Below, one piece after another: positions 27,531 to 38,343 of a stretch of 64,000 bases of DNA. The position numbers were made by a program, and so were the translations under genes. The stretch's first letter is position 1. Each line of letters starts with the position of its first letter. This DNA comes from a virus. The notes beneath the pieces are model-generated. The model did not search any database. It had not been told where the DNA came from and saw nothing but the letters and a program-made list of their open reading frames with translations. The stretch lies in IMG/VR virus record IMGVR_UViG_3300050821_004383, positions 34,516 to 98,515 of that record; one strand, 5' to 3'.

Positions 27531-28889
27531 ATGACCAAAAATCAGCTTGTTATTCAGCACGACCTTTCGAAGTTGTCCCCAGAACAGTTGACGCAGTATT
27601 TGCGGGACGTGAGCGAATTTATCGGGCTGGACCCGAACTTGAACGCGCTCGATACCATCTGGATGCAGAACGAGAACGGTCCCGGTCAGTCTCTCGTTGT
27701 CTACGCCCGCCGTGGCACCGCAGAAATTCTTCGCAATTTGTACGGCATCAACATCACCTCTCTTCCCCACGTAATCACTCCTCAAGGTTCAATCGTTTTC
27801 ACTGCGACCGGAACAAATCAGAAGGGCCGTCAAGAGATTGCAATCGGTTCGAAGTACATCGCCGCGCTCTCAGGCAAGGCTCTCGATGACGCCATTATGA
27901 CCGCGAGCACACGCGCGATTCGCCGCGTCACTATGCAGTTCACCTCTCTCGGAATCTTGGATGTGAGCGAAGTCGAAGCGATTCAAGGCAGCACCGTGAA
28001 TCCCGCAGCAGGCGCGACACTCGCAGGCAGTCCGGTGGTGCTCCCGCCCGCGCCGTCCGTCCCGGCGAACAATGCCCCAGGCCGCGACATTACGATGATT
28101 GCTCCTTCCCAGGACCCTAAGACCCAGGCGCAGGTTGCCGCCGTGATGCTCATTAATCAGGCCGATAACATCAAACAAGTTTACGAGGAAGGCAGAGCCG
28201 CCTTGGCCGCGATGCCGGAACCGAAAGCGGACATTTATCCGGCTATTTCGAGCGTCCTAGCGCCTGTAACTCCTGTAGAATCACCAGTTACGACCGTTCC
28301 GGAAGCGGACAAAGAAGCGGCTAAACCGCGCCGCGCTCGCAAACCGCGCAACACGGTCTCTATGGACGGCCCGGAGCCGGAAGTCGTTCTCTCGCCCGCT
28401 CAAGTGGACGAGACTGTCCGGGCCATTATGACGGCAGATAGTGCGCCAGCGCCCGCCCCAGTGCCAGCAGCGCCTATTTCAGCGCCTGCCCCGGTTTCAG
28501 CGCCTGCCCCGGTTTCAACACCCGTTGAAACGGCCCCAAAGACTGAAACTGCCCCGCCGCAAGTCGTCCCCCAAACGGGAGCCAATCAGGTCAGCACCAA
28601 TTCCGCCTCGGCTGCACCGTCAACTGACTTCCCGGGCAAGCCGACCGACGCGCAGATGGGCGAGTACCGCAAGCGCGTGTCAGTCTATACCTCGGAACTG
28701 CCTAGCAGCGAGAACATGGGCAGCGTGCAAAAGATGCGTGCCTTCATTACCCGCCAGACGGGTGCGGCACCTCAGTTCATGACTGTTGAACAATGGGAAG
28801 AAATGCTTTCCTGGTTTGAGTCCTTCGTGGAGCGCAACAAGGTCAAAGGGTTGGTGAACTACATCAATGATTCTCTAGGGGTGAAATAA
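27531..28889 (+). CDS. RecT/Bet-like ssDNA annealing protein with long Pro/Ala linker
   Basis: GLDP, AIMTASTRAIRR in the N-terminal domain; promoter TTGACT-17-TATGGT at 27484; clustered with UvrD and a PD-(D/E)XK nuclease. Confidence 0.6.
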   Translation: MTKNQLVIQHDLSKLSPEQLTQYLRDVSEFIGLDPNLNALDTIWMQNENGPGQSLVVYARRGTAEILRNLYGINITSLPHVITPQGSIVFTATGTNQKGRQEIAIGSKYIAALSGKALDDAIMTASTRAIRRVTMQFTSLGILDVSEVEAIQGSTVNPAAGATLAGSPVVLPPAPSVPANNAPGRDITMIAPSQDPKTQAQVAAVMLINQADNIKQVYEEGRAALAAMPEPKADIYPAISSVLAPVTPVESPVTTVPEADKEAAKPRRARKPRNTVSMDGPEPEVVLSPAQVDETVRAIMTADSAPAPAPVPAAPISAPAPVSAPAPVSTPVETAPKTETAPPQVVPQTGANQVSTNSASAAPSTDFPGKPTDAQMGEYRKRVSVYTSELPSSENMGSVQKMRAFITRQTGAAPQFMTVEQWEEMLSWFESFVERNKVKGLVNYINDSLGVK

Positions 28890-29025
28890 TGAATAAGACA
28901 CCAAAACAGCTAGGACACAACACACGTTACAGCGACTCGTCTCTCTACGACGAAGTTTGCAAAAAGTGTGGTGCAACAGACGGTCGCGGAGACGACCGAC
29001 TCAACCAGCCTTGTCCCAGGAAGAA

Positions 29026-30654
29026 GTGAGTCTCGAACTAAATCCTGAACAACAAGTGGGTGTCGATGCCGTGGACGGCGACTTTGTAACAATCGCTGGT
29101 CCTGGTTCCGGAAAGACCCGCGTGCTAGTGGAGCGCTACTTGAAAATGAGAGCGCGTGGAATCCCAGACCGCGATATCTTGAACCTCACTTTCACGAGCG
29201 CCGCCGCAACCGAAATGGTGGAGCGAGTCGGACTCCTTAATTCGGCGGAGGTGTTCCGCACGTTCCACTCGTTCTGTCTGCAACTGGTGAAGCAGGAGCG
29301 CGAGTTTCTCCCGTTCCCCACGTGCCCGACCGTTATCCCGGTACGAGGGGAGCAGTTCCTTCTCATGAAGGACCTGTTGAAAATTTATCCGCCCATCTCG
29401 TCTTACCACGCGTTGAACGACCGCATCAGTCAGTGGAAGGCCGAAAATGTGGACCCGGAACAAGCGCTGAACGAGGAGTTCAACGCGGGTATCGGCTACT
29501 TCTACGCGCTCGCATACCGCGACTACGAGAAAAAGCAGAGGGAGCAAGGCTGGCTCGACTTCGATTCGCTGATGAAAGAGACCGCGAATTTATTGGAGGC
29601 AAACGAAGATGTCAGAAAACGAAACCAAAGAAAGTACATCGCAGTTGACGAATGCCAAGACACCGATACCACACAATTCAAACTGCTACGATTGCTGTAT
29701 GGCGGTAACATCTTTGTCGTCGGGGACGAAAATCAGCTTATCTATGAGTGGAGAAGTGCTCAAAGTGGAAACCTCACCAACTTTTCAAAATCTTTCCAGG
29801 GAGCAAAAACTCTTTATCTTGGTAGAAATTATCGCTCTACTGGAAGAATCGTAGAATTTCTAAAAAGGATTCTCCCGGTAGACAACGGCCTCGCGAGTCA
29901 CATGGTCTCTATGCGGCCCCTAGGTGAGGACGTTCGATTCATCCGTTACCGCAGCGAGGACGAGGAAGCGAACGAAGTTTTAAGCGCCGTGGTTCTACGT
30001 GGCATCGAGGACCAATCCGCTATCCTGGGCCGCACCAACCGTCAGCTACAACTGATTCAGCGCCGTGCTATGAGCCGCAACATCAAGGCGGAAATTCTCG
30101 GCAAGAAGAACGTGTGGCAGGAAAACGAAGTCAAGCACTTGGTGGAACTGACGAAAGAGCGCATCATGGATTCTCGCCCCGCCGCTACAGTGATGCAGGA
30201 CCTTATCAAGGAGCACGGGTTGGTGAACCGCTACGCGAACACGAGGGGCAACGCGATGGAGAAGGACCCCGTTGAGAATATGAACGACATCGTTCGCATG
30301 GCGGGGAGGAAGCACCGAGAGACGGGCAAGCCTCTCACGGTTCTTCAATTCCTGGATTGGTTGCGCAAGATAACGCACATGCGCCGCACCAAGACCGAAC
30401 CCATTCTGACGCTCTCGACTGTGCACCAAGCCAAGGGCAGGGAGTGGCAGTACGTCTTCGTAGTCGGCTGCGACCAGGGCGTGATGCCGCACAAAGAGGG
30501 AGAACTACTGGAAGAAGAGAGAATCTTTTTCGTGGCCTGCTCCCGCGCCGCAGACGAGCTACAAATCAGTTTTCACAAGAACCGCAGTCAGTTCTTGAAC
30601 GACTTCCAAGAAGAGATTGAAACCTTTGGAGAAGACGATGAGCATGACGACTAA
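29026..30654 (+). CDS. UvrD/Rep superfamily 1 helicase
   Basis: AGPGSGKTRVL, VDECQDT, VGDENQLIYEWR, NYRST, TVHQAKGREW, EERIFFVACSRA. Confidence 0.95.
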   Translation: MSLELNPEQQVGVDAVDGDFVTIAGPGSGKTRVLVERYLKMRARGIPDRDILNLTFTSAAATEMVERVGLLNSAEVFRTFHSFCLQLVKQEREFLPFPTCPTVIPVRGEQFLLMKDLLKIYPPISSYHALNDRISQWKAENVDPEQALNEEFNAGIGYFYALAYRDYEKKQREQGWLDFDSLMKETANLLEANEDVRKRNQRKYIAVDECQDTDTTQFKLLRLLYGGNIFVVGDENQLIYEWRSAQSGNLTNFSKSFQGAKTLYLGRNYRSTGRIVEFLKRILPVDNGLASHMVSMRPLGEDVRFIRYRSEDEEANEVLSAVVLRGIEDQSAILGRTNRQLQLIQRRAMSRNIKAEILGKKNVWQENEVKHLVELTKERIMDSRPAATVMQDLIKEHGLVNRYANTRGNAMEKDPVENMNDIVRMAGRKHRETGKPLTVLQFLDWLRKITHMRRTKTEPILTLSTVHQAKGREWQYVFVVGCDQGVMPHKEGELLEEERIFFVACSRAADELQISFHKNRSQFLNDFQEEIETFGEDDEHDD

Positions 30655-31627
30655 AACGTTCAGAGATATGATGCGAGGATGGAAATCTTACAAAACTAAG
30701 GACGAGGAGAAAGAGATGACCGAAACAACGAAGAAAGAAAAGAACTACTCTCACTGGGCAAAGCGCAAGGACCGCTTTTATCCTACGTTGGTGACTCACG
30801 ACACCATCCCGGCAGGAGTCTACGAGACCAGGGAAGACTCGGATGGTAACAAGTATCTCCGCAGGATTGCTTTTCCTTCGGATGAATTGATTCTCATTCC
30901 GGGAACTCCGGTTGCTTACGTGTTGGAGCAAATCGAGGAGTTTTGGGGAAGAGAAGAGTTCTTCAAAGAACTCGGACTGATTTACAAGCGCGGTATTCTT
31001 TTCTACGGTCCCGCTGGGTGCGGAAAGACCAGCATCATCCGAATGCTGGCAAGCGAAATCATTAAACGGGACGGCGTTGTACTGTCTATCACGGATATTG
31101 ATAACGACCAGGATGCTCTGCTGAATCTTCGAGAGGTCGAGCCTGACCGCCCGGTTATGTGCATCTTTGAAGACATCGAAAAACTGCTGGAAGACACGGA
31201 CACGGAGAGCAACACGCTGTCCTTCCTCGACGGAGAGAAGCAGATTGGCAACGTGATTTATCTCGGCACTACAAACAAGCCGGACATGCTGGAAGAGCGC
31301 GTCATGAAGCGCCCAGGCCGCTTCGACCTCGTAATCGGACTGAATCCTCCGGTAGCGGAGGCCCGCCGCGCATACTTGGCACGGTTATTCAAGAATCACG
31401 CCAACCCCGAACTGTTGAACCAGATGGTCGAACAAACGGACGGTCTCGGCATGGCGCACCTTCGTGAACTCGCGGTCTCGATGCTCGCATTCAATCATTC
31501 GTTGGACGACACGGTGAAGCGCTTGAAGGGCAACATCAAGGAAGTCTTCCGCATGAGCAAGGTAGGCGACAAGTCGGTCAACACGGGATTCACTCTCGGG
31601 TTTCAGAAGGCGAGTAACGATGAATAA
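30638..31627 (+). CDS. AAA+ ATPase
   Basis: YGPAGCGKTS, IFEDIE, TTNKP, RPGRFD; alternative start at 30716 has a stronger RBS. Confidence 0.9.
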   Translation: MSMTTKTFRDMMRGWKSYKTKDEEKEMTETTKKEKNYSHWAKRKDRFYPTLVTHDTIPAGVYETREDSDGNKYLRRIAFPSDELILIPGTPVAYVLEQIEEFWGREEFFKELGLIYKRGILFYGPAGCGKTSIIRMLASEIIKRDGVVLSITDIDNDQDALLNLREVEPDRPVMCIFEDIEKLLEDTDTESNTLSFLDGEKQIGNVIYLGTTNKPDMLEERVMKRPGRFDLVIGLNPPVAEARRAYLARLFKNHANPELLNQMVEQTDGLGMAHLRELAVSMLAFNHSLDDTVKRLKGNIKEVFRMSKVGDKSVNTGFTLGFQKASNDE

Positions 31628-31801
31628 ACGATACAAAATTATGGCCGATAACAGCGGACACGAATACTTTATTCCTGTTTCACAGGAATCAGAGTTTGAA
31701 GCCTGGGTTGAACAGACGGAAAACGGAGAAGAAACCAACTTCGATTTTGAAGAGAACAGGATTGATGGTCGATTCACGTTTACTGACCCGAGGAACGAGT
31801 A

Positions 31802-33004
31802 ATGGCCTTCCTTTACGTCAACGCGAAGGGACAACCGTGGCGCAAGCACAGCTATTCGGCGGGCAACACTTTCGATTCTTGCCCGCTCAAGTACAAGTTG
31901 CAGAAGATTCACGGCTGGCGTGAGAAAAACTTGAAGGCCCGCTTCGAGCTAGGCCGCGCGTTCGAAGCATCCATTCAGTACTACCACGAGAATCGAGGTG
32001 ACTTGAAGGCTTCGATTGCACACTTCGATGCCGCGTGGCAACCGTTCGCAAACAACAAGGAACTACAGTACACGAAGGTCGAGAAGGACTGGGCGCAGTG
32101 TTCTCGCATCGCACACGATTGGTTGAAGCTATATGCGATTCGTCAACCGAGTCTGCCGATTCCGCTCGGCGGGCAGTGCGTGTTCCAACGCGAGTACGCT
32201 AAGGAAGTATTCCCAGGAGACCCGAACTACGGAGAAATTGAAGATGCTGGAAAACTGGATATCGTTGCGTTCGTTGAACCCGACCACCCATTACTACCTA
32301 AACTTAACTGGCTCCCCGAATACGGTGCCTTCCGTCCAATTATCGTGGACATCAAAACCGCAGGGACCGACTTTCCTGAGCAGTACGGCATCGCAGCGTA
32401 TGATACCCAACTCCGTCGCTACAGTTGGTTATCAGGAATACGTGATGTCGCGCTACTCTGGTTCGTGAAGAAGGGTCTCACGATTCAGAAAGGCTACTCG
32501 GTGACGCTGCTGGAAGACGTAGAGTACATGAAGGCCGGACAGGAGGCTGTCGTCGCGCTGATTGAAGAACGAGGCGTGTGGCTTCTCCCGAACGACTTCA
32601 TGGTCGAAGAAATGGAGCGCGTACAAGGTAAAAAGAACGGCAAGACGGAGCAGACGAACGAGGCCAAGGCCCGCCGTGCCGCGTGGCTGGAAGATAACGG
32701 CACCCTGGCCGGGGAAGATGAAATTACAAAGCAGCGTTTACAGTTCAATGCAGGCTTTGTGACGGTAGAATCAGCAGAAGACGCGGGGAAGATTGCGCAG
32801 TCGCAGATTATTCGAATCGTGAACGCGTGGCACCGAGACGAGTATCCAAACACGTTCGGCGTCCGCTACCCTCACGATGATAGAAGCGACCCGTACTTCC
32901 GCGCCTTCGTATTAAACGACAAGCAGTTTAGGGAATCAAATTTTACAAAGTCCGACGACGATATCGACTTGTTCGCGGACGAGGACAGCGAGGAAATCCA
33001 ATGA
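31802..33004 (+). CDS. PD-(D/E)XK nuclease (RecB/Cas4-like exonuclease)
   Basis: HSYS ... CPLKY, GKLD, IVDIKT, QLRRY. Confidence 0.85.
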   Translation: MAFLYVNAKGQPWRKHSYSAGNTFDSCPLKYKLQKIHGWREKNLKARFELGRAFEASIQYYHENRGDLKASIAHFDAAWQPFANNKELQYTKVEKDWAQCSRIAHDWLKLYAIRQPSLPIPLGGQCVFQREYAKEVFPGDPNYGEIEDAGKLDIVAFVEPDHPLLPKLNWLPEYGAFRPIIVDIKTAGTDFPEQYGIAAYDTQLRRYSWLSGIRDVALLWFVKKGLTIQKGYSVTLLEDVEYMKAGQEAVVALIEERGVWLLPNDFMVEEMERVQGKKNGKTEQTNEAKARRAAWLEDNGTLAGEDEITKQRLQFNAGFVTVESAEDAGKIAQSQIIRIVNAWHRDEYPNTFGVRYPHDDRSDPYFRAFVLNDKQFRESNFTKSDDDIDLFADEDSEEIQ

Positions 33005-33548
33005 GCGTTCTGACGTGCAAGGTAGAAAAATGTGAGTCGCGGTTTGAAACGAACGAGGCGTTCTCTCCCAACGCCAGTTTCATCTGCAAGAACCATCCGG
33101 TGAGCGTTCAAAAGAAGGTTGCCTTCCAAGAGCACGCCTTTGATGCGGCGCTCAACCCGGGCGGCGGGGATAAGAAAGAGTCAGAGGAGTACGACCGCGA
33201 TTGGGGCATGAGCGGAGACCCGTTGACCGCGAGCGAGAAGTGCCCCCACGGTGTGTACGACCCTCACGAGGACCAGCGCTACTGCTCCATCTGCAACCCG
33301 GTGAAGATAACGGGGACGGTGAAGGAAGTCAAGAAGACAAAGAACGGGAAGATAGGAGCCTTCAAAGATTCGAGCGAGCAGGCCGACCAGGAGATTGCTC
33401 TGATTATGTTCTACTACTCGCTTCCTGAGCACATGCAACCCGCGTGGTTCAAAGACAAAGAACTCGCGATTAAAGCGAGAGCGAAGAGGGGTCTGTATTG
33501 GTTGAAGAAGAATAACAAGAGCATCACGGAACAGTTCTTGGAGAACAA

Positions 33549-33944
33549 ATGAACAAAAACCAGCAGCAGCTTCGCCAGTCATTTGACGGCAATGAGAGTT
33601 TCATGTCAGGATTTCAAATCGGTCAACTTCGAAAATATAAAAGAAAGACACCGCCTTGGGTGAATCGTGATTCGGAAATTAGAAAAATCCTCTTGTCCGC
33701 CTTCCCGAAGTTGAAGACCGACCCGAAGCAGCGCACCTCGGCGGCGCGTTGGGCGAACGTAATTCATTGCTATTTTCGACTCAGCTACACGTACGTGCAG
33801 ACGGCGGAAGAGTTAAACCTCAAGCCGAAGATGGTTAGAAATATTGTAGAACGTGTCAAGCGAGTAGCGGTAGGTCGTCGTGCGGATAACACCAAATTTA
33901 AAGGGGGTAATCGAGGTCGTCCTAGAAAGCATGAGGCAGAATAG
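33549..33944 (+). CDS. sigma70 region 4-like HTH regulator (candidate middle/late activator)
   Basis: VIHCYFRLSYTYVQTAEELNLKPKMVRNIVERVK pattern. Confidence 0.55.
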   Translation: MNKNQQQLRQSFDGNESFMSGFQIGQLRKYKRKTPPWVNRDSEIRKILLSAFPKLKTDPKQRTSAARWANVIHCYFRLSYTYVQTAEELNLKPKMVRNIVERVKRVAVGRRADNTKFKGGNRGRPRKHEAE

Positions 33945-33997
33945 CTTTCCCTTCGGAGACAAGGCGCTCGCCGCCTTTTGTTCAATCTAAAGGGGTT

Positions 33998-34603
33998 ATG
34001 AAAATACTCGTCCACCACTGCATCACCCAAGAGGTGATTGTGTACGGACTGATGGAGCCATCGCCGGACATCAAGTGCCGTTGCAGTAAGAAAATCAGTT
34101 TGAAGAGAGCTACCCAGCTTGTTAAGAACGGGGAAGCGAGTTGGATTACAGCCGCCAGAGTGCGAGGAGTAGCAGATAAACTTTGCCGCCTCTGCGAGGG
34201 TAATAAGGAAGTCAAAAACTGTGCGTTGTGCCACGGTAAAGGATTCACGTCAGAGCCTTTCGTAGAGGACACGCCCGGTAATGACATTCTCTTAATTTCT
34301 AGGAACCCGTCGGACTCGAAGGATAAAAAGTCGTACTTCTTGAAACCGAAGACCCCGAGAACTCCGACTATCGAGAAGAGCCATATCGAGAGAGCGATAG
34401 ACTTCGAGGACGTGAAGGAACGCATCGAGGACTACGGCTGGGCGATTCAGTTGGTGCTCCACGAGCTAGGCGCGGAGATTCGATACCGCAAGCAGCCTGG
34501 GGCAACCTCGAAGACGCTGGAAGGATACGAGGGCCATCCGGAGCCAGCGGACAACCCGAAGACCGGGGAAGGCCGAAATTACGATTATGGGAGAGCGATT
34601 TAA
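33998..34603 (+). CDS. zinc-finger protein with DnaJ-like CxxCxG repeats
   Basis: CRLCEG ... CALCHGKG. Confidence 0.6.
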   Translation: MKILVHHCITQEVIVYGLMEPSPDIKCRCSKKISLKRATQLVKNGEASWITAARVRGVADKLCRLCEGNKEVKNCALCHGKGFTSEPFVEDTPGNDILLISRNPSDSKDKKSYFLKPKTPRTPTIEKSHIERAIDFEDVKERIEDYGWAIQLVLHELGAEIRYRKQPGATSKTLEGYEGHPEPADNPKTGEGRNYDYGRAI

Positions 34604-35431
34604 TGATTAAGATAAACGTCCTTTCTCCGGAGCAGCGTTTACTAAACGCGGCTATCGCAGACTTCAACACCGCCCAGTACGAGAAGTCATTCTCCGGTCG
34701 TCATCCGGAACTCGGCAAGATGGTTAACTGCAAGGTATGCGGCACCCGTCACCGCGTTAACGAGAAGAAGTGTGAGCAGGTCTTCACGTATCGCATAGGC
34801 GACTACGAACTCTTTCGAGAGAACGAGAACGGTGAGCTAGTTCCAGATTACAGAACGGCTATCCGTCCCGACCAGAAGCAGACCAAGAAGCAGAGAGAAG
34901 GCAGCGCAAGGTTTGCTAAGAAGCGCTTCAACCCGCACTATTCTAAGGAGAAACTGCTCTTCGTGGAGCGCACTCGTAAAATCTTTCAAGAACTCGGATT
35001 CTCCTTGGAAGACACGGGTGAGGTATTTCAAAAGAACTTGCACCGCGCTCGCATCCTAGCGGCTAGGGAGATTCGAGAGGAGCGAGAGTTGAGAGACCGT
35101 GCTATCCGCCGCCGTCAAAAGGTTTCTCGTCGTATCAACAAAGGACTAGCATGAGCCACGAAGAAATAATCGGCAAGCACATTCATCTTTTCGCGAAGCC
35201 GGAAAATTTCACGCCTCCGACCAAGAATCCAGAAGACTGTATTTGTGGAGGCGGCTGGCCCGGTTCTACGGGTCGAACGCTTATCCCTAACTGTCCGTGC
35301 TGTGCAGGCGTGCAGGGTTTGGTGGAAGACCTCTGCGATTGTCCGGACCCGAGTTATATCAAATTTCGAGTCGTGATACCGCCTGACATGAAGTTCAGAA
35401 TCAGGCGCTTAGAAAATGTGGAGCCAATAGT

Positions 35432-36358
35432 ATGAACTTTATTATCTATCACAATTCATGTCCAGACGGCTGGTGCGCCGCGTACATCTGCAAGAAGAAG
35501 TACCCGGAAGCGGAACTGATGCCGCTCAATCACGGACTGTCCCCGGAGCAGATGGACAAGCTAATGAATGCTTGCTTTGACAAAGACGTTATAATGGTCG
35601 ATTACTCTCTTCGCACCCGATTTGATAACGACCAGTTGAAAGTGGCATCGAAGTCGTTCCGCATCCTAGACCATCACAAGACGGCGCAGGCCGTGCTGGA
35701 AGGCGCACCGTACGCAACGTTCGATATGAAGCGTTCCGGCGCAGGACTCGCGTGGGATTACCTGTTTGGAAAAGATTCTCCTGAATTAACCGACGCCACA
35801 GATTCCGTGAAAGAGTATCGCCCTTGGTGGGTGAAATACACAGAAGACCAAGACCTCTGGAATTGGCAGCTAGACCACAGCCAAGAAATCAACGCCTACT
35901 TAATGGTGCAACCTCGAACGGTAGAAACGTGGAACGAGATAACCAGAATTGGTGTAGATGATGCTTATGCTAACGGCGTTGGCGTTCGTCAGTACATCGA
36001 CTACTACACCCGTTCCGTGGTAGCTGAACTGCAAGAGGGCGTGCTGGTATTCGAAGGCCGCAACTACCGCACAGCCGTCTTAAACATCCCATACGCCGGG
36101 GTGAGCGAAGCTGGCAGCGCACTGGTCGAGAAGGGCTACGACATCGGCCTCGCGTGGTTCGAGCGCGGCGACGGCGTCACTCAGTTCTCTCTTCGCAGCA
36201 AGAAGGGCGGCGATGTAGACGTGAGCGCAATCGCGAAGAGCTACGGAGGCGGCGGGCACCAGTCCGCAGCAGGCTTTCAAATGAGTGTTGGAGAAGCACG
36301 AGATTTAGTGGACGATATTCTAGGGAGAGTCGATGTACCAACTTCTAGTTGCAGTTAA
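35432..36358 (+). CDS. DHH/DHHA1 phosphoesterase
   Basis: YHNSCPDG, LDHHKT, SLRS, GGGGHQSAAGF. Confidence 0.9.
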   Translation: MNFIIYHNSCPDGWCAAYICKKKYPEAELMPLNHGLSPEQMDKLMNACFDKDVIMVDYSLRTRFDNDQLKVASKSFRILDHHKTAQAVLEGAPYATFDMKRSGAGLAWDYLFGKDSPELTDATDSVKEYRPWWVKYTEDQDLWNWQLDHSQEINAYLMVQPRTVETWNEITRIGVDDAYANGVGVRQYIDYYTRSVVAELQEGVLVFEGRNYRTAVLNIPYAGVSEAGSALVEKGYDIGLAWFERGDGVTQFSLRSKKGGDVDVSAIAKSYGGGGHQSAAGFQMSVGEARDLVDDILGRVDVPTSSCS

Positions 36359-36980
36359 GTCGAACAACCGAGCCAAGAACGATGGCACCCATAACCGGAT
36401 TCGAGGGACGTGGGGTCAGGCGTTGCGCGGCAAGGCTACTCTGAAATTCTTTGTCCCCGCTGAAACGAATGGGCGCTCTGCTCACTTGTATAGCAGTGAC
36501 GAGATTGCGGTCGATGCGCCGGACTCTCCGGACGCAGCGGTATTTCTGACTCGCGCCATCTGTCGGTACTTCATGAGCAAGAACATGGACCACGTTCTGG
36601 TGGTGGATTCGAACTCTTGCGTGTTCCCCAGCCGCATCTGGATTCAAAACTACGAACTCGCGGATTACGCGGGCGACTTCGATAACTGGGGAGATTGTGG
36701 TCCTCAAAGTTTTACCACAAGCAACGTAGTCGAGGTGATGGAGAAGTGCTACTCGTGGGCAAAGAACCCGGGCTACTTTCTTTCCCGCAATGCGGCGCTG
36801 GAAATTGCGGACCTGTTCCCGAAAGAATCCAAGTATATCTTGGGACGCAACGACGACGTGTGGGTCGGCCAAGTCCTGGGTCCTCTGGCAGTGAGAGGCG
36901 GATTAATCTCGATGCCTTTGGAGAGACCCGTAGCCGTAGCAACGACGAACTTAGAAGAGACGTGGAAGGAAGGACAGTGA
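36333..36980 (+). CDS. GT31/Fringe-like glycosyltransferase (DxD motif degenerate)
   Basis: IRGTWG, GYFLSRNA, NDDVWVG; VVDSN sits at the expected DDD position. Confidence 0.55.
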   Translation: MYQLLVAVKSNNRAKNDGTHNRIRGTWGQALRGKATLKFFVPAETNGRSAHLYSSDEIAVDAPDSPDAAVFLTRAICRYFMSKNMDHVLVVDSNSCVFPSRIWIQNYELADYAGDFDNWGDCGPQSFTTSNVVEVMEKCYSWAKNPGYFLSRNAALEIADLFPKESKYILGRNDDVWVGQVLGPLAVRGGLISMPLERPVAVATTNLEETWKEGQ

Positions 36981-37621
36981 GAATACATATCATCGGTGAC
37001 GTGCACGGCAAGACTCACCAGTATCAAAAGATGCTGCGCCAGAAGTACGCAGGCGAGCGCACGATTCAAATTGGGGATATGGGCATCGGTTTCGCGGGCA
37101 CCCCGGGTCTGCACAAAGACATCATGGGAGAGAACCACAAGTGGTTTCGAGGCAACCACGATGACCCGGCGAAGTGCCGCGCGACCGTCGGATACCTAGG
37201 CGATTACGGATTCCTGCCGGAAGATAATCTCTTCTGGGTTGCAGGCGCGTACTCCATCGATTACGCGTGGCGCACCCCCGGCCACACGTGGTGGGGCGAT
37301 GAAGAACTTAGTTGGGCAGAACTCGATGCGGCTATCGAACTCTACCGAGAAAAGAAACCCCGCTTTGTAATCTCACACGAGGCCCCTCAGTCCGCTGCCG
37401 CGTGGATGCTCAATTATATCGCGCCGGGTTTCCGACCGGAGAAGTTGGTGCAAACTCGCACCGGAACTGCTATGGAGCGAATGCTCGATTATCACCGTCC
37501 GGAGAAGTGGATTTTCGGGCACTACCACATCAACAAGACTTTCGAGTTTCACGGCGTGGAGTACACGTGCGTGAACGAGCTATCAACTTTTCTCTTGACA
37601 GATGAACCGACTGTGGTATAA
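36977..37621 (+). CDS. calcineurin-like metallophosphoesterase
   Basis: GDVHG, GDMG, RGNHD, SHEAP, FGHYH. Confidence 0.9.
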   Translation: MRIHIIGDVHGKTHQYQKMLRQKYAGERTIQIGDMGIGFAGTPGLHKDIMGENHKWFRGNHDDPAKCRATVGYLGDYGFLPEDNLFWVAGAYSIDYAWRTPGHTWWGDEELSWAELDAAIELYREKKPRFVISHEAPQSAAAWMLNYIAPGFRPEKLVQTRTGTAMERMLDYHRPEKWIFGHYHINKTFEFHGVEYTCVNELSTFLLTDEPTVV

Positions 37622-38343
37622 TGAAGACTCGCGACTGGTACGATGACTACATTCAGGAAGCGGAGAACATGAACGTATACCTCATATCCGACACTCACTT
37701 GAAGCACGAGAAGATGGAAACGTACTGCCAGCGTCCGCCCGACTTTACGGAACGTATCCACAAAAACATCATGAATACGGTGAAGGATACCGATCTGCTG
37801 ATACACCTCGGTGACGTTGGCATAGGCAAGTATCAGGATTGGGAGTGGATGGTGCACGCTTGGCCGGGACGTACCGTACTGGTGCGCGGCAACCACGACC
37901 GTACTCATTCTTGCTCGTGGTGGATGGAGCACGGGTTTGACTTCGCGTGCGACTCGATGGTTTTCCGCAACGTGCTGCTCACCCACGAGCCAGCCAACGC
38001 GGTCATAAACTCGAACGGATACAAGTCTTACGGCGCGGTGGAGTGGGGCCTGCCGGAAGGCTGTGTACTGAACGTGCACGGACACCTTCATAACATCTGG
38101 GACGGCTTCCACAGCCCGGAGCGCTTGGAGCGAGACAAGGCTCTCCTCGGCATAGACCCAACTAAGCAGTTGAAGCATAAGTGGCAGCGTCTGTTCGCCG
38201 TAGAATACACGGACTACAGGCCAGTGGAGTTCAACAAATTCATATCACACCCGGACAAGTATCAAGCGAGAGGACCTCGCCAGAAAAAGTTTTCGGAGTT
38301 GCGGGACCAGTTGATTCTGCCAGCGGAGGAAACAAATGGCTGA
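37621..38343 (+). CDS. calcineurin-like metallophosphoesterase (likely start 37669)
   Basis: SDTH, HLGDV, RGNHD, THEP, HGHLH; TTGACA-16-TATAAT promoter at 37595 overlaps the first ATG. Confidence 0.9.
   Translation: MKTRDWYDDYIQEAENMNVYLISDTHLKHEKMETYCQRPPDFTERIHKNIMNTVKDTDLLIHLGDVGIGKYQDWEWMVHAWPGRTVLVRGNHDRTHSCSWWMEHGFDFACDSMVFRNVLLTHEPANAVINSNGYKSYGAVEWGLPEGCVLNVHGHLHNIWDGFHSPERLERDKALLGIDPTKQLKHKWQRLFAVEYTDYRPVEFNKFISHPDKYQARGPRQKKFSELRDQLILPAEETNG

Noticed and set aside
28440-28520. 18-bp repeats in the RecT-like gene as a separate element
   Set aside because: They simply encode a Pro/Ala linker (SAPAPV).
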